From: Candidatus Brocadiia bacterium
GTDB taxonomy: Bacteria > Planctomycetota > Brocadiia > CAIUPP01
Assembly (NCBI GenBank): GCA_050015075.1
Contig: JBEKCB010000002.1
Span: 64,001-128,000 of the forward strand
Reading direction: 5' to 3'
DNA length: 64,000 bases
This document shows positions 28,752 to 43,036 of this stretch, in pieces. How positions within the stretch are numbered: position 1 is the stretch's first letter; each line of letters begins with the position of its first letter. The notes beneath the pieces are model-generated. The model made no database searches and was not told the origin of the DNA. It was given only the letters and a program-made list of their open reading frames with translations. A program made the position numbers and the translations under genes.

Positions 28752-29350
28752 GGTTGAATTCCTGTGACCTTGATTCCGGCTGCGCGCTCAACCTCGGCCA
28801 TCGTTTCCCCTACGATTGAGGTCAAGAACCGAGCGTTCCCCGTTGCAATCAGCTTCGGCTGGTGCCACGAATTGTCCACGATGGCCAGGAAGTCCGCCAA
28901 GGGACGGTAGAGCGTGAAAAGATTCCGCAGGCCAACGGCATAACGTCGCCTCACGTCGGCTTCCGGCACATTGTGGCCGCCGTCTCGCACTCGGTCGGCA
29001 ATTCTGCGGAGTGCGAGATCCACGTCTCTCAACCAGAGAAAGTAAATTCGAATCGCGTAACCGCGCCGTTTCAAGTCTTTCAACAGGTGCACGTATGTTA
29101 CACCCGCCAGCGTCGTCTCAAAGCCGAAGTTCTTACGCTCCTGCGCGAGCTGCCGGATGCGGCGCAGCGACAGTTTTCCCGCCTCGATCGCTGCCCGGTA
29201 CGGAGCGAACGGCGAAAGCCCGCCGGCCAGGTAGTCCGCGTTGACGAACTCGAAGTTCGCCTCCAACCTCGGCAGGAATTCCCTGGCAAAGGTGGTCTTG
29301 CCTGATCCATTCGGTCCCGCGATGATGTAAACGACAGGCTTGTCGTTCAT
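28748..29350 (-). CDS. Zeta-toxin-like / AAA P-loop ATPase
   Basis: IIAGPNGSGKTT, FVNAD, FETTLAG, RVRDGGHNVP. Confidence 0.88.
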   Translation of the reverse strand: MNDKPVVYIIAGPNGSGKTTFAREFLPRLEANFEFVNADYLAGGLSPFAPYRAAIEAGKLSLRRIRQLAQERKNFGFETTLAGVTYVHLLKDLKRRGYAIRIYFLWLRDVDLALRRIADRVRDGGHNVPEADVRRRYAVGLRNLFTLYRPLADFLAIVDNSWHQPKLIATGNARFLTSIVGETMAEVERAAGIKVTGIQP

Positions 29351-29414
29351 CGTTCCGGTTATATCACTGGAAGTCCGGCCGCACCAAACCTTTTGGGTCT
29401 TCAACTTCAGCCGT

Positions 29415-30884
<1,470 letters not shown>

Positions 30885-30909
30885 GAGTCACTCTTACCAG
30901 GACAGCGGT

Positions 30910-30996
30910 GATTGGGAAATTGGGAGATTAGGAGATTGGGGCTCGGCAATACCGCCAGGCGTTAATCTCCCAATCTCCCAATCTCCTAATCTCCCA
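30910..30996. repeat. 8-bp-period palindromic element (AATCTCCC)n between gatC and gatA
   Basis: gattgggaaattgggagattaggagattggg ... aatctcccaatctcccaatctcctaatctccca. Confidence 0.8.
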
Positions 30997-30997
30997 T

Positions 30998-31288
30998 TCA
31001 CTCGATCACACGCGGCACGCGGAAAAAGCCGTCAGCCGCGTCCGGCGCGTTCTGGAGCGCGCTCTCGCGCGGCAGCGAGCCGGTCGGCGTGTCGTCGCGC
31101 CAGACGCTCGCGAGCGCGCCGGGATGCGAGAGCGGCTCGACGCCGCTCGTGTCCAGCTCGTTGAGCTTGGCGATCAGGTCGAGCACCTGGTTCAATTGGC
31201 CGGCCATCTTCTCGGCCATTTCGCCGGAAATGTCGAGCCGCGCCAGGTGCGCGACCGCGTCCACCTCTTTTTTGCTCAGGCTCATCAT
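30998..31288 (-). CDS. gatC: Asp/Glu-tRNA amidotransferase subunit C
   Basis: VAHLARL, ELDTSGVEP, NAP...GFFRVPRVIE; upstream of gatA. Confidence 0.93.
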   Translation of the reverse strand: MMSLSKKEVDAVAHLARLDISGEMAEKMAGQLNQVLDLIAKLNELDTSGVEPLSHPGALASVWRDDTPTGSLPRESALQNAPDAADGFFRVPRVIE

Positions 31289-31488
31289 CGGCTCCTTCAA
31301 CCGGGAACGCGCGGAAACTCATTTTAACAACCGCGGTTTGAAAAGCAAACTCGCCGCGCAGGAGTGCGCGGCGCTTCCGGCGGCATGGGCGATCGCGCAC
31401 CCCCGAACTTGCGGCGCTCGCGGTCTCTGGCTTATAATCACGGCCGGTGGGAGAGCCCAAATCCAGATTGCAGAATGCGGATCGCAGA

Positions 31489-32817
31489 ATGAAGAATCCA
31501 AGAGTCGTCGTCTCTCGCTGTGAAACCTGCCTGTGCCTCCTCGCGCTGCTCGCACTGTGGGCGACAGGCTGCAACGAAACCGCGATGCCGGGAGGCGCCA
31601 AGGCCGGGGCTAAGGCGGCGGCGCCGGTCAAGGTCTCGGAGGCCGTCGAGAAGACGGTGCCCATCCAGATCAAGACGTTCGGCAACGTGCAGGCTTACGC
31701 CTCGGTCGCGATCCGGGCGCAGGTGAACGTCGAGCTGATGACGATCGGGTTCAAAGAAGGCGAGGAAGTCAAAGAGGGCCGGGTGCTCTTCACGCTCGAC
31801 GCGCGCCCGCTCGAGGCGGCGGTCCGCCAGGCCGAAGCCGCCGTCCGCCAGGCCGAAGCCGCGTTCAAACAGGCCGAGGCCACGCGCAAGCAGGCTGAGG
31901 CCACGGTGGTCAAGGACAAGGCCCTGGCCAGGAACGCCAAGCTCGAGGCCGACCGCGCGCAGACGCTGCTCAAACAAGGCGCCTACACGCAGGAACAGTA
32001 CGACAACGCCCAGGCCAACCAGGCCGCGATGGATGCGGCCGTGGATGCGGACATCGCGGCCGTGGCCGCCGGCGCCGCGGCCATGGATGCGGCCCAGGCG
32101 AACGTGGATGCGGGCAACGCCGCGGTCGAGAACGCGAAAGTGCAGCTTTCCTTCTGCACGATCCGCTCGCCCATGGACGGACGCGCCGGCAGCCGTACGG
32201 TGGACGTGGGCAATATCATCAAGGCGGTGGACATGCAGCCGATGGTGATCGTCAACCAGGTCCATCCGATCTACGTCGGCTTCTCCATCCCCGAGCAGCA
32301 ACTGCCGCTGCTCAAGAAGTACCTCAATGACCGGGAGAAGATGAAGGTCGAGGCGATCATCCCCGGCGACCCGGGCCTGCCCGCGACGGGTGAACTGACT
32401 TTCATTGACAACGCCATTGACGCCGCGACGGGAACGATCCTGCTGAAGGGCACGTTCCCGAACGACGACCGCCGTCTGTGGCCGGGCCAGTACGTGGACG
32501 TGGTGCTGACGCTCAGCCAGCAGCCGAACGCCCTGGTCATCCCCAGCGTGGCGGTGCAGACCGGCCAGCAAGGGCAGTACGTGTTCGTGCTAAAGAGCGA
32601 CCAGACGGTCGAGGCGCGCCCCGTCACGACCGGACGGCCGGTGGATGACTCGATCGTGATCGAAAAGGGACTCCAGCCGAATGAACGGGTGGTGACCGAC
32701 GGCCAGTTCCGCCTGGTGGACGGCGCGCGCGTGGAGGTCGTCCAGCCGGCGGCGGAACCGGGAGCCGGCGCCGTCGGAGCGACGACCGGCTCCGCCGAGG
32801 CGAAAACCGCCGAATGA
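31489..32817 (+). CDS. RND efflux periplasmic adaptor (MdtA-like) with lengthened alpha-hairpin
   Basis: Lipobox ATGC, FKEGEEVKEG, TIRSPMDG, TGTILLK, LWPGQYV. Confidence 0.9.
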   Translation: MKNPRVVVSRCETCLCLLALLALWATGCNETAMPGGAKAGAKAAAPVKVSEAVEKTVPIQIKTFGNVQAYASVAIRAQVNVELMTIGFKEGEEVKEGRVLFTLDARPLEAAVRQAEAAVRQAEAAFKQAEATRKQAEATVVKDKALARNAKLEADRAQTLLKQGAYTQEQYDNAQANQAAMDAAVDADIAAVAAGAAAMDAAQANVDAGNAAVENAKVQLSFCTIRSPMDGRAGSRTVDVGNIIKAVDMQPMVIVNQVHPIYVGFSIPEQQLPLLKKYLNDREKMKVEAIIPGDPGLPATGELTFIDNAIDAATGTILLKGTFPNDDRRLWPGQYVDVVLTLSQQPNALVIPSVAVQTGQQGQYVFVLKSDQTVEARPVTTGRPVDDSIVIEKGLQPNERVVTDGQFRLVDGARVEVVQPAAEPGAGAVGATTGSAEAKTAE

Positions 32818-35800
32818 ACCTACCGGAATTTTCCATCCGCCGGCCGGTCACGACCACGCTGATGATGGTGGCGATCCTGCTCTTCGGCATCCTCGGCTTT
32901 CGGCTGCTGCCGGTGAGCGACCTGCCCAACGTGGATTTCCCGATCATCCTCGTCTCCGCCGCGCTGCCCGGCGCAAACCCGGAGACGATGGCCTCCGCGG
33001 TGGCGACGCCGCTGGAGAAGCAGTTCGCCACGATCGCGGGCATTGACTCGATGACCTCGACCAGCGGCATCGGGGTGACGCAGATCACGCTCCAGTTCAG
33101 CCTCAGCCGCAACCTGGACGCCGCCGCGCAGGACGTGCAGGCGGCGATCAGCGCCGTCCAGCGGCAGCTCCCGCAGAACATGCCCGCGCCGCCCTCGTAC
33201 CAGAAGGTCAACCCGGCCGACCAGCCGATCCTGTTCATTGCGCTCACCTCGCCGGACCTGCCGCTCTACGAACTCGACGAATTCGGCGAGACGCTCATGG
33301 CGCAGCGCATCTCCGAGGTGAGCGGCGTGGCGCAGGTGATCGTCTACGGCGCGCAGAAGTACGCCGTGCGCGTCCAGCTCGACCCGACCGAGCTGGCGCA
33401 CCGCGGGATCGGGATTGACGACGTGGCCGGCGCGGTGCAGAACGCGAACGTGAACCTGCCCACCGGCACGCTCTACGGCGAGGAGAAGGCGTACACCGTT
33501 CAGGCCAACGGCCAGCTCATGACCGCCGAGCCGTACCTGCCCACCATCGTCGCTTATCGCAACGGCCATCCCGTGCGCCTGCGCGAGATCGGCACGGCCA
33601 TCAACAGCGTCGAGAACGACAAGACCGCGGCGTGGTACATCAACCAGCGCTCGGTCATCCTCGCGATCCAACGCCAGCCGGGCACGAACACGGTGCAGGT
33701 GGCGCAGGACGTCCTGGCGCTGCTGCCGAGCTTCGGGCCCTCGCTGCCGGAGTCCGTCAAGCTGCACCTGCTCTACGACCGGTCCGTCTCGGTCCGCGCG
33801 GCGGTGCACGACGTGGAATTCACGCTCATCATCACGCTCGCGCTCGTGGTGATGGTGATTTTTCTCTTCCTGCGCAGCCTCTGGGCGACCGCGATCCCGA
33901 GCCTGGCGCTGCCGATGTCCGTCATCGGCACCTTCGCGGTCATGTATCTGCTCGACTACAGCCTAGACAACCTCTCGCTCATGGCGCTGGTGCTGGCGGT
34001 CGGGTTCGTGGTGGACGACGCGATCGTCATGCTCGAGAACATCGTCCGGCACGTGGAGATGGGCGAGAGCGTTTTCGAAGCGTCGCTGAACGGGTCGCGC
34101 GAGATCGGCTTCACCATCATCTCGATGACGCTCTCGCTGGCGGCGGTGTTCATCCCGGTGCTGTTCATGGGCGGCATCGTCGGGCGGCTGGTCCACGAGT
34201 TCGCCGTGACCATCGGCGTGGCGATCCTGATCTCCGGCTTCGTCTCGCTGACGCTCACGCCGATGCTGTGCAGCCGGTTCCTGCGCCCGCCGGCCGAGGC
34301 GCATCACGACGGCGTCTACGCGGCCTCCAAAGGCGCATTCAATGCCATGGTCCGGCTTTACGACGCCACGCTGACCTGGTCGCTGCGCCACCGGGCGACC
34401 ATGATGGGCATCACGCTCCTGACGCTGGTCGGGACCGGCCTGCTGTTCGTGGTCGTGCCGAAGGGGTTCATCGGCAGCGAGGACTACGGGCTGCTCATGT
34501 GCTGGACCGAGGCGGCGGAAGGGATTTCGTTCAAGGCGATGGCGGAGCACCAGCAGCAGGTGGCGGAGGTCATCGCGAAGGACCCGAACGTCGAGTCGTT
34601 CATGTCCACCGCCGGCCGCATCGGCACCCTCGGCTCGGACAACACCGGCATCGTGTTCATGCGGCTCAAGCCGAGGTCGGAGCGCGCGCTGTCGGCGGAC
34701 GAGCTCGTTGGGGAACTCCGCACGAAGCTCGAGAAGATCCCCGGCATCATCTGCCGCCCGCAGAACCCGCCGCCGATCCAGATCGGCGGGCGGCTGACGC
34801 AGGGCCAGTACCAGTTCACGCTGCAGTCCGGCGACGCGAAGCAGCTTTACCGCTTCGCGCCGGAGCTGGAGGCCAAGGTCCGCGCGCTGCCGGGATTCCA
34901 GGATGTCACGAGCGACCTGCGGCTGAAGAACCCGCAGATCAACGTCGAGATTGACCGCGACAAGGCCTCGGCGCTGGGCGTCTCGGCGGCGCAGATCGAG
35001 CTGGCGCTGTACGACGCGTACGGCACGCGGCAGATTTCGACGATCTACGCGCCCGGCAACACATACCAGGTCATCATGGAATTGCTGCCGGAGTACCAGT
35101 TGCGGCCGCAGTCGCTCTCGATGCTGTACGTGCAGTCCACCAGCGGCAAGCTGGTGCCGCTGAACGCGGTGGCGCGGCTGGAATCGGGCTTCGGGCCGCT
35201 GAGCGTCAACCATTCCGGCCAGTTGCCCTCGGTCACGATCTCGTTCAACCTCACGCCCGGCGTGGCGCTCGGCGATGCGGAAAATGCGGTCTCCGCCACC
35301 GTGCGCGACCTTCATCTGCCCGCTTCCATCACACCGAGTTTCCAGGGCGAGGCGCAGGCGTTTCAATCCTCGCTCTCCGGCTTGCTGTTCCTGCTGGTCA
35401 TGGCCGTCCTGGTCATCTACATGGTCCTGGGCGTCTTGTACGAGAGCTTCATCCATCCGCTGACCATCCTCTCGGGCCTGCCGAGCGCGGGGGTCGGCGC
35501 GCTGCTGACGCTGCTGATCTTCCGCGTGCCGCTGGGCCTGTACGCCTTCGTCGGGATCATCATGCTCGTCGGCCTGGTGAAGAAGAACGGCATCATGATG
35601 ATTGACTTCGCCCTCGAGGCGCAGCGCCGCGAAGGCAGGAGCGCGCTCGACGCGATCCACGAGGCATGCCTCATCCGGTTCCGGCCGATCATGATGACCA
35701 CGATGGCCGCGCTGATGGCCGCGATCCCGATCGCAATCGGCGCAGGGACCGGCGGCGGCGCGCGCCGGCCGCTCGGCCTGGCCGTCGTCGGCGGCCTGGT

Positions 35801-35924
35801 CTTCTCGCAACTTCTGACGCTGTACATCACGCCGGTGTTCTTCCTCTACATGGAGTCGTTCCGGAACTGGCTCGCAGGCGGCAGCCGGCAAAAGGCTGCG
35901 GCGACGATGGACAATGGACGATAG
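32814..35924 (+). CDS. RND efflux permease (MdtB/MdtC-like)
   Basis: IRRPVTTTL, GFVVDDAIVMLENI, KKNGIMMIDFA, RFRPIMMTT. Confidence 0.95.
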   Translation: MNLPEFSIRRPVTTTLMMVAILLFGILGFRLLPVSDLPNVDFPIILVSAALPGANPETMASAVATPLEKQFATIAGIDSMTSTSGIGVTQITLQFSLSRNLDAAAQDVQAAISAVQRQLPQNMPAPPSYQKVNPADQPILFIALTSPDLPLYELDEFGETLMAQRISEVSGVAQVIVYGAQKYAVRVQLDPTELAHRGIGIDDVAGAVQNANVNLPTGTLYGEEKAYTVQANGQLMTAEPYLPTIVAYRNGHPVRLREIGTAINSVENDKTAAWYINQRSVILAIQRQPGTNTVQVAQDVLALLPSFGPSLPESVKLHLLYDRSVSVRAAVHDVEFTLIITLALVVMVIFLFLRSLWATAIPSLALPMSVIGTFAVMYLLDYSLDNLSLMALVLAVGFVVDDAIVMLENIVRHVEMGESVFEASLNGSREIGFTIISMTLSLAAVFIPVLFMGGIVGRLVHEFAVTIGVAILISGFVSLTLTPMLCSRFLRPPAEAHHDGVYAASKGAFNAMVRLYDATLTWSLRHRATMMGITLLTLVGTGLLFVVVPKGFIGSEDYGLLMCWTEAAEGISFKAMAEHQQQVAEVIAKDPNVESFMSTAGRIGTLGSDNTGIVFMRLKPRSERALSADELVGELRTKLEKIPGIICRPQNPPPIQIGGRLTQGQYQFTLQSGDAKQLYRFAPELEAKVRALPGFQDVTSDLRLKNPQINVEIDRDKASALGVSAAQIELALYDAYGTRQISTIYAPGNTYQVIMELLPEYQLRPQSLSMLYVQSTSGKLVPLNAVARLESGFGPLSVNHSGQLPSVTISFNLTPGVALGDAENAVSATVRDLHLPASITPSFQGEAQAFQSSLSGLLFLLVMAVLVIYMVLGVLYESFIHPLTILSGLPSAGVGALLTLLIFRVPLGLYAFVGIIMLVGLVKKNGIMMIDFALEAQRREGRSALDAIHEACLIRFRPIMMTTMAALMAAIPIAIGAGTGGGARRPLGLAVVGGLVFSQLLTLYITPVFFLYMESFRNWLAGGSRQKAAATMDNGR

Positions 35925-36003
35925 ACGATGGAGAGTAAGCTGGAGTCCAGCGTCCATCGTCCCTGGTCCAGCGTCCATCGTCACCCGTCCATCGTGTCCA
36001 TCC
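35903..36003. repeat. 7-bp-period palindromic element (CGATGGA/TCCATCG)n overlapping the RND stop
   Basis: gacgatggacaatggacgatagacgatgga ... tccagcgtccatcgtcc. Confidence 0.75.
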
Positions 36004-36020
36004 TCCACTGAAAACCGACA

Positions 36021-38291
<2,271 letters not shown>

Positions 38292-38363
38292 GGCGCGTTC
38301 CTTGACCGCAACGGCGCGATGTGATTCAATGCAACTCCATTTGAATTCAGGAGGTCGCCGAAC

Positions 38364-39782
<1,419 letters not shown>

Positions 39783-39805
39783 CAGGGCGCTCCGAGAACG
39801 GCCTC

Positions 39806-39834
39806 TTGCAAATCCTCCGCGATGCGGATATATT
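39806..39834 (+). promoter_or_regulatory. Sigma70-like promoter of the tRNA
   Basis: TTGCAA-N17-TATATT. Confidence 0.5.
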
Positions 39835-39889
39835 CTAGCGGAGAGGCGTGCATCGCCGGCGGTCGTTTCCGGCCTCGATATCCAGACTC

Positions 39890-39966
39890 GCGCCCATAGC
39901 TCAATTGGATAGAGTAACGGCCTACGAAGCCGAAGGTTGGAGGTTCAAGTCCTCCTGGGCGCGCCA
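39890..39966 (+). tRNA. tRNA-Arg (anticodon ACG)
   Basis: GCGCCCA/TGGGCGC acceptor stem, D-arm, CT-ACG-AA anticodon loop, GGTTCAAGTCC T-arm, encoded CCA. Confidence 0.96.
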
Positions 39967-41811
39967 TCATCAACCAGCGCTCCGCTCGTTCAGCGGAGCG
40001 CTTTCATTTCCAGGAGGACTTGAAGCGAGCGAACGGCGCGACTAGCAGGAGCGCATCCCGGCCCGCTTCCGCGGGACGGGATAGTGAGCGAGGTGGGGCC
40101 GCGCAGGTCGTCCCGCGAAGCGGGCGACCGTAGTGGCCAAGTCCTCATGGGCGCGCCATCATCCACCAGCGCTCCGCTCGTTCAGCGGAGCGCTTTCATT
40201 TCCAGGAGGACTTGAAGCGAGCGAACGGCGCGACGGTCGCGGGCGCGAACGGCTGCCCGGGCCGGGTCACAGCGTCACTGAAAATCATCCGCCAGGCGTC
40301 GCACGAGTTTTGTCCAGCGTGCCAGACGGCTGAGGTCGCCCTCCAGCGTCTCAATGTCCTTCAGATGGATAATGAGGTGGCAACCCTTCGCGGCTTCCAA
40401 TCCCTCTCGAAGTATGCGCCGGATTTTCGCCTCGTTCCACCCGCAGCAGACCATCGCGGAGGGATTGGGCCGCCAGGAAATCACATAGTCCGCGCCGATC
40501 TGCTCCGCGCAGCGCCGCAGGTCCGCTGTGGGCGCGGCGGCGATGATGCGCAGGTTGGGAATCTTTCGAAGTATGGAGATCTTGTTGGTGAGGTTCTCGC
40601 AGCAGCCATAGGCGATGAGCCCGAACTTCTCCAGGATCGGCAACTGATACTGCAGCAGAAACTCATCGTGCATGGCCGGCGAAATCAAAGTGAATTCCTG
40701 CGCCGCGCAATAGCCCCAGAGCTGCTTGCGGAGGCGCGGGCCGGAGTTGGCCTTCGGCCATTCAAGCTCTTCGGCGTAGGGCATCGCCTGGTTCGAGTGT
40801 GAATTCAGGCTGAGGTCGCCGGCCTTCTCCGCCTCTTCCTGGTTAGTGAGAATGCCGTCGCGCATGAAGGCCAGCAGCGCGTGCAGTTCCCGGGGCGACT
40901 CGGACATGTCGAGCATGATCTGTTCAAGCCCGCGCAGCCGGGCCAGTAATGTTGAGATGTCCGCCAGGAACCCCAGGCAGGCGGGGCTGCGATCTGCGTT
41001 CACGGCCAGGATATCGCCCACGACATCGCGCAACCGCTGGACGTTCTCGGCGGTGGCTGCCTCGTCAATCCGATGATGCGGCACTTGCAGCTTCGACAGG
41101 TCCGACCACTTTTTCAACGGCGGGTCTATCCGGAACGCGCCGCCGTCCTCGCCGGGCTTGATGAACTCGATGCGAGGCCCCCAAAGGTCCTCCCAGCCGC
41201 CTCCGATCCGCGCCGCCGCCTGGGTTATCCACGGTTCGCAGATGGAATCGTCCCCGACCTCGTGCTGGAACAGCGCCATGCGGAGCGTTCGTTCATGGGT
41301 GCGCAGGAACGGGTCGCTGCAGCGCATCCGGTCGTCGCCGAAGACTTCGCGGCACCATACGTTCCACATCCCGAAGTTGGCCAGGATCAGCGGCCGGGTC
41401 CGCTGGAGGCTGTTCTTGCGGCTCCAAAGCTTGCGACGTTCGTTCTGAATCGGCAATGCCGCGATGTCGGCATACCGTCGGGCCAGGTCACGAACGACTT
41501 CCCGCTCGCTCGAAATGCTCATGAAGTCCCCATTGTAAGCCCGGGGCTGCAACTGTCAAGCCGCAATTTGCCGGATGGTCGGCATCCACATGATGGCCCG
41601 ACGTCGAGCATCGGATTCTGACCCTCGGAATCCCGCAGGTCAAGGAAAACTCGCACGGCGAAAGAAGGCCTCTGCGCCGGCCGTCTGGACTGCGGTGAGA
41701 GCCGGGTGGCGCCGCGCAGGTCGTCCCGTGCAGCGGGGCGACCGTAGTGGCCAAGTCCTCCTGGGCGCGCCATCAGCAGCCAGCGCTCCGCTCGTTCAGC
41801 GGAGCGCTTTC
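39946..41811 (+). repeat. tRNA-linked repeats: three copies of the tRNA 3' end plus hairpin (39946, 40138, 41752)
   Basis: caagtcctc(c/a)tgggcgcgccatca...agcgctccgctcgttcagcggagcgcttt occurs three times; copies 1 and 2 share 97 bp at a 192-bp period. Confidence 0.9.
40275..41522 (-). CDS. Hypothetical UroD-like TIM-barrel protein
   Basis: LRGLEQIMLD, ISPAMHDEF, YGCCENL, YVISWRPNPS; lies between tRNA-end repeats. Confidence 0.75.
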   Translation of the reverse strand: MSISSEREVVRDLARRYADIAALPIQNERRKLWSRKNSLQRTRPLILANFGMWNVWCREVFGDDRMRCSDPFLRTHERTLRMALFQHEVGDDSICEPWITQAAARIGGGWEDLWGPRIEFIKPGEDGGAFRIDPPLKKWSDLSKLQVPHHRIDEAATAENVQRLRDVVGDILAVNADRSPACLGFLADISTLLARLRGLEQIMLDMSESPRELHALLAFMRDGILTNQEEAEKAGDLSLNSHSNQAMPYAEELEWPKANSGPRLRKQLWGYCAAQEFTLISPAMHDEFLLQYQLPILEKFGLIAYGCCENLTNKISILRKIPNLRIIAAAPTADLRRCAEQIGADYVISWRPNPSAMVCCGWNEAKIRRILREGLEAAKGCHLIIHLKDIETLEGDLSRLARWTKLVRRLADDFQ

Positions 41812-41830
41812 GTTTTATGGAAGCCGCGGT

Positions 41831-42853
41831 TCATATCATCAGCACCGCCGACGCCTCGATGCGGCTCTCTTTGACCATCCGGAGCGCACGGTTGGCCTCG
41901 GAGAGCGGGAACTGCTCGGTGCGCGTTTCGATGCGCATCTCGCGGGCGAGCGCCAGCAGTTCGCGGCCGTCCTGCCGCGTGGCGTTCGCCACGCTCGTCA
42001 ACGTCTTCTCGTGGTACAGATCGCGGCGATAGTCGAGCGGCGGCGTCGCGCTCATGGCGATTCCGGCGAGTGTGGCCGTGCCGCCCTTCTCCAGCGCGCG
42101 CAGCATCTCGGGCACCAGCGCGCCGGCGGGCGCGAAGCTGATGGCGCGGTCGAGCTTGTGCGGCGGCTCCTCTTCGGCCCGGCCGACCCACGCCGCGCCG
42201 AGTTCCCGCGCCAGCTTCTGGTGCCGCTCCGCGCGGGTGAAGACATACACCTCGCATTTCCAGTGCCGCGCGATCTGGAGGACGATGTGCGCCGACGCGC
42301 CGAAGCCGTACAGGCCCAGACGGAGACCCTGAGCGTGAGTCGAAGGGCCGCCCGGCCGGATGCCGCACCGCCGCAGCGCGCGGTAGCCGACGATCCCCGC
42401 GCAGAGCAGCGGCGCGGCCTCGTGATCGCCGTAGCCTTCCGGGATCGGATACGCGAAATCCGCAGGGACGCACGCGAACTGCGCGTAGCCGCCGTCCGCG
42501 TCGAGGCCGGTGAATTTCGCGCGCTCGCAGAGATTTTCATTTCCCGTGTTACAGAACCTGCATACGCCGCAAGTCCAGCGCAGCCATGCGATGCCGACGC
42601 GGTCGCCCAGCTTGAATCCGGTCGCGCCGGGGCCGAGTTTCTCCACGACGCCGACGACCTGGTGGCCCGGCACGATCGGCAGCTTCGACGGCGTCAAGTC
42701 CCCTTCAGCGACGTGCAGGTCCGTGTGGCAGACGCCGCAGGCGCGCACGCGAACGAGCAGCTCGCCCGCCGCCGGCTCGGGCGCCGGCAGTTCCGCCGCC
42801 CGGAGCGGCGCGCTCTCGATCGGCGCGGGAGCGCGCAGTTGCATGGCGTTCAT
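41831..42853 (-). CDS. Zinc-dependent alcohol dehydrogenase
   Basis: CGVCHTD, GHQVVG, CGVCRFC...C, PLLCAG, GLYGFGASA. Confidence 0.93.
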   Translation of the reverse strand: MNAMQLRAPAPIESAPLRAAELPAPEPAAGELLVRVRACGVCHTDLHVAEGDLTPSKLPIVPGHQVVGVVEKLGPGATGFKLGDRVGIAWLRWTCGVCRFCNTGNENLCERAKFTGLDADGGYAQFACVPADFAYPIPEGYGDHEAAPLLCAGIVGYRALRRCGIRPGGPSTHAQGLRLGLYGFGASAHIVLQIARHWKCEVYVFTRAERHQKLARELGAAWVGRAEEEPPHKLDRAISFAPAGALVPEMLRALEKGGTATLAGIAMSATPPLDYRRDLYHEKTLTSVANATRQDGRELLALAREMRIETRTEQFPLSEANRALRMVKESRIEASAVLMI

Positions 42854-42865
42854 GGCAAGGTTTCC

Positions 42866-43022
42866 TCACCACCAAATTGCCAAGGCACAAAGAGACAACG
42901 GCTTCCACCACGGAATACACGGAGCACACCGAATGCCTTTCCTAAACAACTTCAGTGTCTTCCGTGTGTTCCGTGGTTGCAATATCAGTTGGCGTTCTTG
43001 GTGCCTTGGCGTCTTGGTGGTT
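42866..43022. mobile_element. Nested palindromic MITE-like element, copy 1
   Basis: Outer caccaccaa/cttggtggtt arms enclose inner ccacggaatacacgga/tccgtgtgttccgtgg arms; inverted near-identical copy at 47940-48088. Confidence 0.7.
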
Positions 43023-43036
43023 CATGAAGGGAGCGG

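Noticed and set aside
39946-41811. Repeats as a possible CRISPR array or extra tRNA genes
   Set aside because: Units are long, irregularly spaced and derived from the tRNA 3' end; no cas genes; copies 2 and 3 lack D and anticodon arms
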